This document shows positions 10,049-18,895 of a stretch of 64,000 nucleotides of DNA, one piece after another. This DNA comes from a virus: positions 32,001-96,000 of the IMG/VR virus record IMGVR_UViG_3300046007_003718; one strand, written 5' to 3'. The stretch's first letter is position 1. The number at the start of each line of letters is the position of its first letter. Below the pieces are notes generated by a model. The model was not told where the DNA came from. It was given only the letters and a program-made list of their open reading frames with translations, and did not search any database. The position numbers were made by a program, and so were the translations under genes.

Positions 10049-10072
10049 TCCTGCCCGTTTATCCCGTGACCC

Positions 10073-11110
10073 CTAGAAGGCCGTCACCTCCTCCACCTCA
10101 TCCTCGGACAGCAGGCCCGCCTCCACGATGAAGGGCGAGACCCCGGTGATGTTGCGCCCGTAGACGGAGGTGCTGCTGACGAACAGAACGTCCTCGGCGC
10201 GGGTCATGGCGACGTATGCCATGCGGCGCTCCTCCTCAACGTCCTGCGGGGTCTTGGCGAGCGCGTGGGGCAGCAGGCCCTCGCTCATCCCGGCGATGAA
10301 CACGACCGGCCATTCCAGCCCCTTGGAGCGGTGGATGCTGAGGATGGTCACGGCGTCGTCCTCGTTCTCGCCCCGGAGGTCGGAGGCCTTGGCGGTCACG
10401 CTCTCCTGCTCCACGAACCATGCGACGAACGCCGCGAGGTCGTCCCCGAACTCGGCCCCGGAGAGGGCTACGTCCTCCACGATTGCGATGGAGCCGTCGC
10501 CGTTGGTCTCGGGGGTCTCGGTGTCCTCCTCGGCCTGATCGCGCAGCCATGCGGCCACCCCGGAGTCCTCAGCGATGCCGCGCACAATGTCAATCACGGG
10601 CACCTTGCCGACCATCTCACGGTACTTGCGAATGAGGGCGATGAAGGCGTCCATGTTGTCCTTCTGGCGACGGTTTATACGGGCGTCCTTAAGGCCAAAG
10701 AACGGGTCGTTCGGGCAGGCAGCGTAGGCCTGACGGGCGACACCGGCACCAAGGAACCGCGAGGGCGTGGACAGGGCCGTGGTCAGGGCCTCCTCGTCGG
10801 CGTTGCCGACGACCACGCGCAGGTAAGAGGTGATCGCCTGAGTCTGGTACCGCTTCCAAAACGACGGGGAACCGATGATGCGAAAGGTGAAGCCAGCGCG
10901 GGTAAACGCGCTTTCCAGCGGGCGGGTCTGACGGTTGGTACGGACCAGCACGGCGATGCTCGCGCCGGGGACACCGGCATCGCGCAGGGCCTTGATCTGG
11001 GTGGCGATGTTGTCGGCCTCCTCGCCCTCGTCGTTGTAGTGCGCGTAGTTGATGGGGTCCAGCCCGGTGGCCGGGATGATGAACTCAGGGATATCGGTGG
11101 TGGTGTCCAT
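10073..11110 (-). CDS. uvrD: UvrD/PcrA/Rep SF1 helicase, C-terminal half (2A/2B domains)
   Basis: AVLVRTNRQ, SIHRSKGLEW (motif V), EERRMAYVAMTRA (motif VI); own TAAGGAG RBS. Confidence 0.9.
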   Translation of the reverse strand: MDTTTDIPEFIIPATGLDPINYAHYNDEGEEADNIATQIKALRDAGVPGASIAVLVRTNRQTRPLESAFTRAGFTFRIIGSPSFWKRYQTQAITSYLRVVVGNADEEALTTALSTPSRFLGAGVARQAYAACPNDPFFGLKDARINRRQKDNMDAFIALIRKYREMVGKVPVIDIVRGIAEDSGVAAWLRDQAEEDTETPETNGDGSIAIVEDVALSGAEFGDDLAAFVAWFVEQESVTAKASDLRGENEDDAVTILSIHRSKGLEWPVVFIAGMSEGLLPHALAKTPQDVEEERRMAYVAMTRAEDVLFVSSTSVYGRNITGVSPFIVEAGLLSEDEVEEVTAF

Positions 11111-11135
11111 GTGGTCTCCTTAGTCGTGTAGAGGC

Positions 11136-11185
11136 ATCGTACAGGAAGGGCCGGGAGGATGCAAGCCCTCCCGGCCCCTCGTTTA
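11136..11185 (-). promoter_or_regulatory. Sigma70-type promoter overlapping a hairpin
   Basis: TTGCAT-N17-TACGAT; -35 sits in the loop of gggccgggagg/cctcccggccc; TAAACG upstream. Confidence 0.7.
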
Positions 11186-11191
11186 TCCGGG

Positions 11192-12271
11192 CTACCCGGC
11201 CAGCACCTCCACCGGGACGCCCTCAGCCTCGTCGTGGTCACGGTGCGGGGCGACCTCCTTGCCCAGCCGCTCCTTGTTGTGGGCGATGAGGCGGGCCGCA
11301 GCCTCCACGATGGGGCGACGGGAGCGGTAGTTGGTACCAAGGTTCACGACCGTCACCTCGCCCTTAGTCTGGGCGATGAACTCGGCAGGGACCGCGCCCC
11401 GGAACGAGTAGATGCTCTGGTCGTCGTCCCCGACCATCGTGAGGTTGGAGGTCTGCGATGCCAGCACCCGCATGAGGCCGAACTGCACCGGGTTGCAGTC
11501 CTGCGCCTCGTCCACGAACACCCACTTGACGCGGCCGATCACGGCCTCGCGCACCTTGTCGTCCTTGGCGGCAGCGAGACCCCGGATGCCCATGCATGAG
11601 AAGGTGACGCTAATCACGCCGCCCTGCCGACGCTTCCAGCCCCGGTCGCGGCCCTTACCCTGAACCGCCCAACCCTCGTCCAGCAGGCGCTCCATGATCT
11701 TGTAAACGGTGCCCACCACCGGGTCGGCATCGGGCAGGGAGAGGTACTGCTCGGCGGTGAGGTTCTGGTCCATGATCTTGGACACGGCCTTGGCGATCTT
11801 GCCAGCCTTGCGGGGCATGTCCACGCCGTACTCGGAGCCGCCCCACTCGCTGTCGTTGGCGAGGTTGTGGCCGAACGGGCAGTAGCGCGAGGGAGCCTCT
11901 ACGATGCCGCGCACCATGCCTGTCACCTGACTCGGGGACAGCAGGGAGCCGCCGTACTTGCCAGCGTTTATCCGCTTACCCTTCTGCTGGCGGTAGAACT
12001 TGTACCCCAGCGAGTGCAGGGTGCCAACGTGGGCCAGCCGCTCCACGACCTCATCACCGACAAGGGTGGCAAGGCGGGACTTCATCTCCTCGGCGGCAGC
12101 CGTGGTGAAGGTAGCCAGCACGATGCTCTCGGGGGCCTCGCCCTCGGAGATGAGGCGGGCGACACGGTGAACCAGCACGCGGGTCTTACCGGAACCAGCA
12201 CCAGCGTTAATGACCAGCGGCCCCTCGCCGTGGTCAATCGCCGTCTGCTGCTCGGGACTCATGGTAGCCAT
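11192..12271 (-). CDS. uvrD: UvrD/PcrA/Rep SF1 helicase, N-terminal half
   Basis: SPEQ (Q), AGAGSGKT (I), TFTTAAAEEM (Ia), GTLHSLG, DEAQD (II), GDDDQSIYSFRGA (III), NYRS. Start set at ATG 12271 after GAGGAGG. Confidence 0.9.
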   Translation of the reverse strand: MATMSPEQQTAIDHGEGPLVINAGAGSGKTRVLVHRVARLISEGEAPESIVLATFTTAAAEEMKSRLATLVGDEVVERLAHVGTLHSLGYKFYRQQKGKRINAGKYGGSLLSPSQVTGMVRGIVEAPSRYCPFGHNLANDSEWGGSEYGVDMPRKAGKIAKAVSKIMDQNLTAEQYLSLPDADPVVGTVYKIMERLLDEGWAVQGKGRDRGWKRRQGGVISVTFSCMGIRGLAAAKDDKVREAVIGRVKWVFVDEAQDCNPVQFGLMRVLASQTSNLTMVGDDDQSIYSFRGAVPAEFIAQTKGEVTVVNLGTNYRSRRPIVEAAARLIAHNKERLGKEVAPHRDHDEAEGVPVEVLAG

Positions 12272-12315
12272 GCTCTTTCCTCCTCGTTCGGCGGGGCCGT
12301 TCCCCGTGTTCACGC

Positions 12316-12356
12316 ATCGTACCACAGGTGGTTCTGAGATTGCAAGTCCTCGTTTA
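12316..12356 (-). promoter_or_regulatory. Early promoter, TAAACG class
   Basis: TAAACG-N5-TTGCAA-N18-TACGAT with TGn extension. Confidence 0.75.
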
Positions 12357-12399
12357 GACGGGGTGCCGCATTGGCGTTTGGGCGCGAGTAGCACACCTT

Positions 12400-12960
12400 G
12401 TCTGAATCCACAAGTACCCCTTGTGCGTACTTGCTACAAAGTCGGTCCCGAGATTGTAAAGTCCCTGCTCCGAGCAGGCACTTTCACCAGAGCCGTTCTA
12501 CGGGCCTTGGAGGGATTCCCGAGGGTCGTTACACCTGAGACCTGTAAAGTCCCTGCTCGTAGCGACTTTCGGGGGTTGGCACGGAGGCCCGAGAATCGCC
12601 TGAGAGCGATTGTGGTGAGACTTTGTGCGAGATTGACACAAGCAAGTTGAGGTCGCTTGTGCGGATTCAGCACAATCTCAGTTGCTTGCACTCGCAAGGA
12701 CTCAGTTGCACTTGCAAGTACCTTGTAGCACTTTGTCACAAGAATCCCGTTAAAGCCGTTGGGTTTCTTGGGTATAAAAGCCTGAGATGTTGTTGGGATT
12801 CTTGTGCTGATTTCGCACAATGTTGTTGCAGTAGCAAGTACCTTGTTCAGTTTCGCACAAGGTCACGCTTGTAGGTATCCGCACAATGTAGTTGCAAGTG
12901 CAAGCACAGCGTTTACACGCGGTCCTCGGGGCCTTACACGATTGGGGAGAGAATGTCAAG
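12400..12960. repeat. Non-coding array of short degenerate repeats
   Basis: GCACAAT...GTTGC x3 (~12670, 12815, 12881); CAAGTACC(CC)TTGT x3; TGTAAAGTCCCTGCTC x2; no credible ORF. Confidence 0.65.
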
Positions 12961-12986
12961 GGCTACGGGCCTCAGATTTGACGCCC

Positions 12987-13092
12987 TGAGAGGCGATATA
13001 CGGGCCTCGGAGGGCCTACCCCATGCTAGGACATTCGGGAAGCATGGAAGGCCCGTGTGTGGCCTCCTGTGGCCTCCTAGGGGGTATCGGGG
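12987..13092. repeat. Third copy of the ~105-bp dispersed element
   Basis: tgagaggcgatatacgggcctcggagggcctaccccatgctaggac. Confidence 0.75.
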
Positions 13093-13170
13093 TATCCGGG
13101 CCTGTCCATCAACGAAAGAGGGGGCCTTGCGGCCCCCTCCCTGTCCTGCTCCTCGTTTGTACGCGGTGCC

Positions 13171-13536
13171 CTAGACCGCTGCCTGCTCGGCCCGCTGCTC
13201 ACGGGCGAGGTCGTACAGAGCATTGGCGGCTGCGGTCTTGGTTGTGTAGAGGCCGACCTTCTCGCCACCACGGTCGTAGGCGTGCCACTTGCCGTTCGCC
13301 CGATAGACCTCGCCCAGATACATCTCGCTGCGCCAGCGGTAGTAGCCAACCGCGTGCGGATTCCGCATCTTAACGACCTCGCGGCCCTCGGTCACGATGC
13401 CGTCCTCCCATGCGTAGATGCCCTGCGATGCGTAGATGGTGCTGACCAGAGGCTCATGGGCGCTAACCTCACGATGCCCCCATCGGATGTTCTCGTTGGG
13501 GACATACTCCTCGTTCTGGATGGTCTGGATTCTCAT
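13171..13536 (-). CDS. Hypothetical early protein
   Basis: AGGAGA RBS; terminator hairpin at 13117-13142. Confidence 0.65.
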   Translation of the reverse strand: MRIQTIQNEEYVPNENIRWGHREVSAHEPLVSTIYASQGIYAWEDGIVTEGREVVKMRNPHAVGYYRWRSEMYLGEVYRANGKWHAYDRGGEKVGLYTTKTAAANALYDLAREQRAEQAAV

Positions 13537-13594
13537 GGGATTCTCCTGTTCGTTGGCTGCTGAGGCAGTCTAGCACGTTTGTACCGCGTGCGCC

Positions 13595-13885
13595 CTAGCC
13601 CTCCTGCGCCTCCATGTAGTCAAAGATTGCGTGAACGCCCTCCTTGGTGAACCAGATCACGGGGTCGCCGGGGTCGTAGTGGTCGTCCTCGTCCACGAAC
13701 ATCAGGCCCTTGGCGACCAGAGACCCGATCACCCCATCGGCCTCATGCTTGTTTCCGATGATGCGCTGGGCACCAGAGAGGTCAAGGTTGGAGTAGTTGT
13801 CGCTCAGTTGCCCCTCCCGGTCGTCGTAGTTGAGGGCGGCGGTCAAAAGGATTGCCTCGCGCTCGGTGATGTTGCTCATGGTCAT
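13595..13885 (-). CDS. Hypothetical early protein, possible winged helix
   Basis: GGGAG RBS; ITEREAILL...GVIGSLVAKGLM pattern. Confidence 0.6.
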   Translation of the reverse strand: MTMSNITEREAILLTAALNYDDREGQLSDNYSNLDLSGAQRIIGNKHEADGVIGSLVAKGLMFVDEDDHYDPGDPVIWFTKEGVHAIFDYMEAQEG

Positions 13886-13957
13886 GCTCCCTGTTCGTTG
13901 GCTGCCAGAGCAGCGTATCACAGATTCCAGACGTAGGCCCGATTCGCTGTGAAGCCC

Positions 13958-14060
13958 TGAGAGGCGTTCTACGGGCCTCGGATGCCTTCCCCCATGCTAG
14001 ACCCTTCCCAGACCATGCGAGGCCCTTCTAGGCCCCTTAGAATCGCTCCTAGGCCCTACC
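13958..14060. repeat. Fourth copy of the ~105-bp dispersed element
   Basis: tgagaggcgttctacgggcctcggatgccttcccccatgctagacc. Confidence 0.75.
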
Positions 14061-14140
14061 GGGGGTCACGACCCCATCCCCGGATGCAGAAAGGGGGCCT
14101 TGCGGCCCCCTCCCCGTTTACACGCCCTGTACCTCCCGGC

Positions 14141-14323
14141 CTAGTAGTCGTCCAGCACCTCGTCCAGAAGGTCGCGCAGGCGCTCCACCTCATCCCCGGT
14201 CATGGCGACCGACACCTGCGGGCCGTCCAGCGTGGGGAAGGCGTGGAGGGTGATGTTGGCATCCCCGTCGCCCTTGTCAGTCACGAACACCACGGGGCCG
14301 TGGTAGGTCTCAATGCTGCTCAT
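14141..14323 (-). CDS. Small hypothetical protein
   Basis: AGGAG RBS; TAAACGATG stop/start junction. Confidence 0.6.
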   Translation of the reverse strand: MSSIETYHGPVVFVTDKGDGDANITLHAFPTLDGPQVSVAMTGDEVERLRDLLDEVLDDY

Positions 14324-14326
14324 CGT

Positions 14327-14530
14327 TTACACGCTCCTGTTCTCGTTGTTGAGGTGATGCTTGCCGCCACACTTGGGGCAAGCCCGGACGAACGTGAGTC
14401 GCCCGGTGCTGTTCTCCCTGAGCCAGAGGGTGCCCTCCTTCTCGGGCTTGCCGACGTACATGCTCATCCCCCGCCCGGTGACGGTGTTGCCACCGGGGCA
14501 GGGAGCAGAGATGAATGAGGTGGCCCCCAT
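14327..14530 (-). CDS. Small Cys/His (Zn-ribbon-like) protein
   Basis: CPKCGGKHH; TAAACGATG junction. Confidence 0.55.
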   Translation of the reverse strand: MGATSFISAPCPGGNTVTGRGMSMYVGKPEKEGTLWLRENSTGRLTFVRACPKCGGKHHLNNENRSV

Positions 14531-14533
14531 CGT

Positions 14534-14836
14534 TTACACCCCCTTCTCGTCGTTGGGAAGGAACATGGCCTCGCGCTTGGCAGCCTTGGCGAACGACGAC
14601 CCGCTGATGGAGTACCTGCGGGGCCGGGACGGGGCGGCGATCAGAGCCGCGTGGAACTCGGTCGCCAGCGACTCGGCCTCGTAGGCGCTCGCCAGAGCAA
14701 CGTCGGCCTCCAACCCCTCGGGCAGAGCGTCGGCCTGCCGGTGGTACTCCTCGGCACGGGCTTCCAGCGCGTCCACGATGAACGCGGCCTCACCGATGCA
14801 GAGGTTACGGATGGAGACTCGGTACGGATTACCCAT
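14534..14836 (-). CDS. Hypothetical early protein
   Basis: Start reassigned to MGNPYRV after GAAAGGA RBS and promoter. Confidence 0.6.
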   Translation of the reverse strand: MGNPYRVSIRNLCIGEAAFIVDALEARAEEYHRQADALPEGLEADVALASAYEAESLATEFHAALIAAPSRPRRYSISGSSFAKAAKREAMFLPNDEKGV

Positions 14837-14865
14837 GATGCTGTCCTTTCGGTTGGTGTTGGGGC

Positions 14866-14904
14866 ATTGTAGCACGCCCCTCAGACGGATGCCCTCCCCG
14901 TTTA
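14866..14904 (-). promoter_or_regulatory. Early promoter, TAAACG class
   Basis: TAAACG-N4-GGGCAT-N17-TACAAT; near-duplicate of 15345-15383. Confidence 0.65.
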
Positions 14905-14954
14905 TCCGGGGAGGGGAGGCAGGGCAGGGCGGTGGCCCGCCCTGCCCCTGTCGT

Positions 14955-15308
14955 TTAGACCCCCTGCTCGGTGGTCTCCTCGTCCTGCGGCCCCTCCTCG
15001 TACTCGCGGGCGGCAGCGAGCAGCACCTCGGCAATCTCGCGGGCCTGCTGGGCGGTGAACTTGGCGTGAACGTATCCCTTCTCCTGCCCCTCGGAGGTTG
15101 CCAGCGTCCCCAGCACCATGACCGTCACCTCACCGAACTTTCCGCCAGCGATCTGGTAGTCCTGCCGGTGAGTCGTGAGGGAGTCGTTTCGCTCATGGGT
15201 GAATGAGGTGCCGTCGTTGGTGACGTAGGTGTACGGGCCGACGCCCTCGCCCTGCACCGTGTAGGTGGTGTAGTCGTCGTTCTCGTAGTTGCTGATGTTG
15301 ATGCTCAC
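14955..15308 (-). CDS. Hypothetical early protein
   Basis: GTG after GAGGAG; acidic tail. Confidence 0.6.
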   Translation of the reverse strand: MSINISNYENDDYTTYTVQGEGVGPYTYVTNDGTSFTHERNDSLTTHRQDYQIAGGKFGEVTVMVLGTLATSEGQEKGYVHAKFTAQQAREIAEVLLAAAREYEEGPQDEETTEQGV

Positions 15309-15344
15309 GATGAAACTCCTCGGTTCAGTTGCTTGCTGAGGGGA

Positions 15345-15383
15345 AGTGTACCACACCCCTCGGACGGATGCCCTGCCCGTTTA
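15345..15383 (-). promoter_or_regulatory. Early promoter, TAAACG class
   Basis: TAAACG-N4-GGGCAT-N17-TACACT. Confidence 0.65.
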
Positions 15384-15441
15384 TTCGGGGAGGGGCGAGG
15401 GAGGGGGAGGGGAGGTGGCCCCTCCCCCTCCGGGGTGGTGA

Positions 15442-16203
15442 CTAGGCCCCGTGGGGAGCCGTCACCTTGGGCTTGCGGGTCTTGCGGGCGACCACCTGCA
15501 TACGCTCGCCGCAGCAGGGGCAGATCGGCGTGCCAGCCGCTTCCAGCCACTTGGCCGTCATGTTGAGGTTGTAAACGTCCTTGCCCTCACCGCTGGGGTC
15601 GCAGCCACGGGTGCCGTCCTCCTGCGGGGTGCAGCAGGCGACCTTCACCAGACGGGTGGCCTGCGGCTTGTGGACGACGTTCATGCCCTTGTGCGGGTAC
15701 TCGCCCAGCGACTCGCGCAGGCGGGCAGTCAGGGCCACGAAACGGTCCCCGGCGTAGGTGGCGGTGGGCTTGCCAGCGAGGCCGATGGTGCGAATCATCT
15801 CCACGAACGGACCCTTGTGGCCGTTCTTGTTGCCGTCAATGGCGTGGACAATCTCATGGGCGAGAACGTCCAGCACACCCGGCTCGCGCTCGTCGTTGCC
15901 CAGCGTGTCCTTGCGGCCCGTCTTGGGGCCGATAGCGTGGGCAAGGGCGGGCGACACGGTGATGTGCCGCACGTTGCCCTCGGGCGAGGAAGTCTCATGG
16001 TAGGCCATGCCGACCACGGAACCCTTGCCGCTCTTACCCAGCCACGCCCGCTTGTGCGAAAAGGACAGGTGCGGGGCGACGGTGTAGCCCTCGGGCATCG
16101 GGAAGCCAGCCTCGGCCAGAATGGTGAGCAGGCCGTCAGTTGCGGCGGCGATGTAGGACTCAGGCGTGTCGTGGACCTGAGCGTGAATCGGTGAGTAACC
16201 CAT
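15442..16203 (-). CDS. SprT-like zinc metalloprotease with C-terminal Zn ribbon
   Basis: VLAHEIVH...GHKGPF...IGL; C-terminal CPCC; AAGGAG RBS; TTGACA promoter upstream. Confidence 0.75.
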   Translation of the reverse strand: MGYSPIHAQVHDTPESYIAAATDGLLTILAEAGFPMPEGYTVAPHLSFSHKRAWLGKSGKGSVVGMAYHETSSPEGNVRHITVSPALAHAIGPKTGRKDTLGNDEREPGVLDVLAHEIVHAIDGNKNGHKGPFVEMIRTIGLAGKPTATYAGDRFVALTARLRESLGEYPHKGMNVVHKPQATRLVKVACCTPQEDGTRGCDPSGEGKDVYNLNMTAKWLEAAGTPICPCCGERMQVVARKTRKPKVTAPHGA

Positions 16204-16373
16204 GATGCTGTCTCCTTGGTTGGTTGCTGTACGGGGATTAAACCAGATGGTGTGAGCCGTGTCAAGTGCCCGGTGTGGGCGGCTCGTTTATCCCTGCCCC
16301 GGCAGTATGACAGATGCTCCGGGGGAATACAAGCCCTCCCCGAATCCTCGCTCGGGGAGGGCGTTTAGATGCC

Positions 16374-16613
16374 CTAGAGGTCGGCCTCGTACTCATCGGC
16401 CAGCCGGTCCAGCGTGTAGGCCTGATACTCGGCCTCCCGGTGGGTCTCCATCCACTCACGCTCGCGCTTGGGGTCGTAAGCGAACCCATCCTCATCCCCG
16501 AATCCTGCGGCGATATGCAAGGCATCAGCGGCCTTCTCACGCAGAGCCTCGGCTCCTGCCCTCAGAACCTCCACCCTCTCCTGCTGAATCATCCGGCTTG
16601 TTGCAACACCCAT
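16374..16613 (-). CDS. Hypothetical early protein
   Basis: Start MGVATS after GGGAG; promoter at 16641-16681. Confidence 0.6.
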   Translation of the reverse strand: MGVATSRMIQQERVEVLRAGAEALREKAADALHIAAGFGDEDGFAYDPKREREWMETHREAEYQAYTLDRLADEYEADL

Positions 16614-16678
16614 CGTTGTCTCCCTGTTCGTTGTTGGGGGACCGTAGCACAGATTGGGGAGAGGGCACAAGGCCCCGT

Positions 16679-16864
16679 TTATCCTTCCACCCACGACCAC
16701 ACCTCGGGGTCGGTAGGATGCTGCTCGGGGAGGGTGGCAAGGCGCGGCCATGCAGTCATGCCTTCCTGCTCCATGATGGTGAAGGCCGCGTTTACACGGG
16801 CGGTGATGTTGGTGAACTGCCCCTCACGGAGCCACTCCATGTACCGCTGCTCATCGCTCAACAT
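16679..16864 (-). CDS. Small hypothetical protein
   Basis: MLSDEQRYMEW; operon context. Confidence 0.5.
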   Translation of the reverse strand: MLSDEQRYMEWLREGQFTNITARVNAAFTIMEQEGMTAWPRLATLPEQHPTDPEVWSWVEG

Positions 16865-17023
16865 GACCAAGCCCCCTAGTAAGAATCCACGCATCCAGAG
16901 CATCCTGAACAAACGATGTGATGCGCTCCTGCACCGTATCAAAGTCCACGGTGCCCTCCTGCTTGTCCCACTCAGCGGCGTCCAGCGAAACCTGAACGGA
17001 GATTGGCAGAGAGATGTTGCCGC

Positions 17024-17191
17024 TTACCATGACACTTCCTCCTTGTGCTTACGCTTGCGCGTGTAACGGATGTTTACACGCTCGGGCGCATCCTTGCGCG
17101 AGCGCCTGACCTCAATGCGAACCCGCTGGCGCATACGACGCGCACGCTTAGGCTCAACGAACTTCTCCTCGTCCCGCTCTTGCTCGTACAT
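17024..17191 (-). CDS. 55-aa basic protein with YTRKRKHK motif (ArfA-like tail)
   Basis: Hand translation MYEQERDEEKFVEPKRARRMRQRVRIEVRRSRKDAPERVNIRYTRKRKHKEEVSW; TAGGAGA RBS. Confidence 0.6.
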   Translation of the reverse strand: MYEQERDEEKFVEPKRARRMRQRVRIEVRRSRKDAPERVNIRYTRKRKHKEEVSW

Positions 17192-17254
17192 GGTATCTCC
17201 TAATAGTTATCTATCTAACTAATGAATATCTATCTAACTGCTTGCTGCTCAGAC

Positions 17255-17293
17255 AGCATACCATCTCAGATGAGAGATGCAAGGCCTCGTTTA
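17255..17293 (-). promoter_or_regulatory. Early promoter, TAAACG class
   Basis: TAAACG-N5-TTGCAT-N16-TATGCT. Confidence 0.7.
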
Positions 17294-17620
17294 TTCGCCC
17301 TCAATCTCCATACCAATCGTGAATCCTAGGCTAGCACCAGACTTGGTGTTGTAAACGCCGTCAGGCACCCATCCGCTAACATCGTAGAACGACTCCAACA
17401 CAGTCCCCTTCACGGATTCTAGCGAACGGTGAAGGGTAAACCACACTTCACTCTCATGCACCTTGCGCTCAACTAGAAGCCACGGACGCTCCTGCTGCCC
17501 AGCAACCTCCAACCGAACATTGTCTGGGTCAATGTGGAAATCCTGATCGTAGTCCTCTAGGATTTCCACAATCACCTTATTGGTGATCTGAACATCGTCA
17601 GGGATGCAACTAACACTCAT
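17291..17620 (-). CDS. Hypothetical protein
   Basis: GGAGG RBS; TAAACGATG junction. Confidence 0.6.
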   Translation of the reverse strand: MSVSCIPDDVQITNKVIVEILEDYDQDFHIDPDNVRLEVAGQQERPWLLVERKVHESEVWFTLHRSLESVKGTVLESFYDVSGWVPDGVYNTKSGASLGFTIGMEIEGE

Positions 17621-17623
17621 CGT

Positions 17624-17899
17624 TTAATCCTCCTGTATGATTTCGGCAATATAACCTGCATAGCAGTTAAACTTCTCCTCATCGTTGGCTGATGAAGGAA
17701 CCTCAACATAACCATCGTGAACCCAAACATCATGCCCATCTATGCAACCGGGCTGACCGTCAAAGAGCATACGGCAGACCTGATGTGAAGTGCTGCCGTC
17801 GTCGTAGAACTGCCACCAATCATCAGAGCCAAAGCGGAGGCGATGAAGGGTCACAGTCTCCTGCTCGTACTTCTGGGGAGGCATGATTAAACGCCCCAC
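17624..17899 (-). CDS. Hypothetical protein
   Basis: Operon context; start may be MPPQKY. Confidence 0.55.
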   Translation of the reverse strand: MGRLIMPPQKYEQETVTLHRLRFGSDDWWQFYDDGSTSHQVCRMLFDGQPGCIDGHDVWVHDGYVEVPSSANDEEKFNCYAGYIAEIIQED

Positions 17900-18264
17900 T
17901 CAGAAAGGTTGCCATTGGCACGCTCAGGGACTCGGACACGGTACTCGGGGTAATAGACCTCACCGTTGGTGGTGTCCACGATAGCAACCACTACCCACAC
18001 ACCCTGTGCGTCAGCGTCCACCACAGAGTCGTAGATAGAGGTGTCGGCGTACTCGGCAGCCTCGTCCCACTCATCCTTGCCGTCGTAGAGAACATCGAAG
18101 TCCCCGCCCTTGACGACAGCGATGAAGCGGTACAGGTTGCCGTCAGAATCCCAGAATCCCGACTGCGGGGAGCCATGACGGGGAGTTCCCCACGCACTCT
18201 GAATCCTGTCCATCATCTCCTCAGCCTGCTCGCGCTGCTCAATCTCTGCATCGGTAATGCTCAT
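17887..18264 (-). CDS. Acidic hypothetical protein
   Basis: Start MSITDAE after AAAGGAG. Confidence 0.6.
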   Translation of the reverse strand: MSITDAEIEQREQAEEMMDRIQSAWGTPRHGSPQSGFWDSDGNLYRFIAVVKGGDFDVLYDGKDEWDEAAEYADTSIYDSVVDADAQGVWVVVAIVDTTNGEVYYPEYRVRVPERANGNLSEWGV

Positions 18265-18296
18265 CAGAATCTCCTTTAGTTTGTTGCTGCTTAGAC

Positions 18297-18335
18297 AGCA
18301 TAGCACCTCAGACCTAAGATGCAAGTGCCCGTTTA
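18297..18335 (-). promoter_or_regulatory. Early promoter, TAAACG class
   Basis: TAAACG-N5-TTGCAT-N16-TATGCT. Confidence 0.7.
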
Positions 18336-18556
18336 TTCGTCGTAGTAGTCGAAACTGTCTGAGACCGGACCTTCCTGCTGTAGCAGGGAGAACACTTCCC
18401 ACGCCTCGTCCTCGTCCTCTATGTAGAAAGAAACGTCCCGTAGTCCAAAGCCAGCACCAGAATCGAACTGATAACCCTTAGACTCTCGGATGCCCTCAAA
18501 GAAGTCCTGCAACTCGTTTAGACGCTCAATGGGATATGAAGCAGAAACAACAAACA

Positions 18557-18892
18557 TTATCCCTCCCTCCACTCAGGCCCCTCGTCCAGAATGTCCATAA
18601 CCTGAACATCTCCGGGCTGGCAATCAATAAGGTCATGCCAAGCCCAACGGTCGGGGCAATCATCTGAGGCATCGGTTGTGATGCGAAGGGTGATGGTGTA
18701 AACGCGCATCTCTCTCACGTTCAGAACGTAAGCAGGAAACCTCTCACCACAGTCGTAGCACTTGTAGCCACAGACCAGAACCTCACGGTCATGCTCATCA
18801 ATCTCAACATCATGCCCAGACTGCGAGGTGACGTTCTCAGACTGACAGTTTACACAACACTCGGGATTATCAACAAAGTTTACGGCACTCAT
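18557..18892 (-). CDS. Zn-ribbon protein
   Basis: CVNC...CYDC pairs. Confidence 0.55.
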   Translation of the reverse strand: MSAVNFVDNPECCVNCQSENVTSQSGHDVEIDEHDREVLVCGYKCYDCGERFPAYVLNVREMRVYTITLRITTDASDDCPDRWAWHDLIDCQPGDVQVMDILDEGPEWREG

Positions 18893-18895
18893 CGT

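Noticed and set aside
11111-11191. Split intein or intron interrupting uvrD
   Set aside because: No Cys/Ser-start or His-Asn-end intein blocks; the 81-bp spacer is too short and is explained by hairpin, promoter and RBS.
12400-12960. CRISPR array
   Set aside because: Repeats are short, degenerate and irregularly spaced. The Cas4-like gene at 46 kb is a common stand-alone phage nuclease.
8888-17066. Many long overlapping plus-strand and alternate-frame ORFs, including those over 9062-10131 and 12210-13373
   Set aside because: Expected in GC-rich DNA; they overlap real genes or repeats and lack RBS or motifs.
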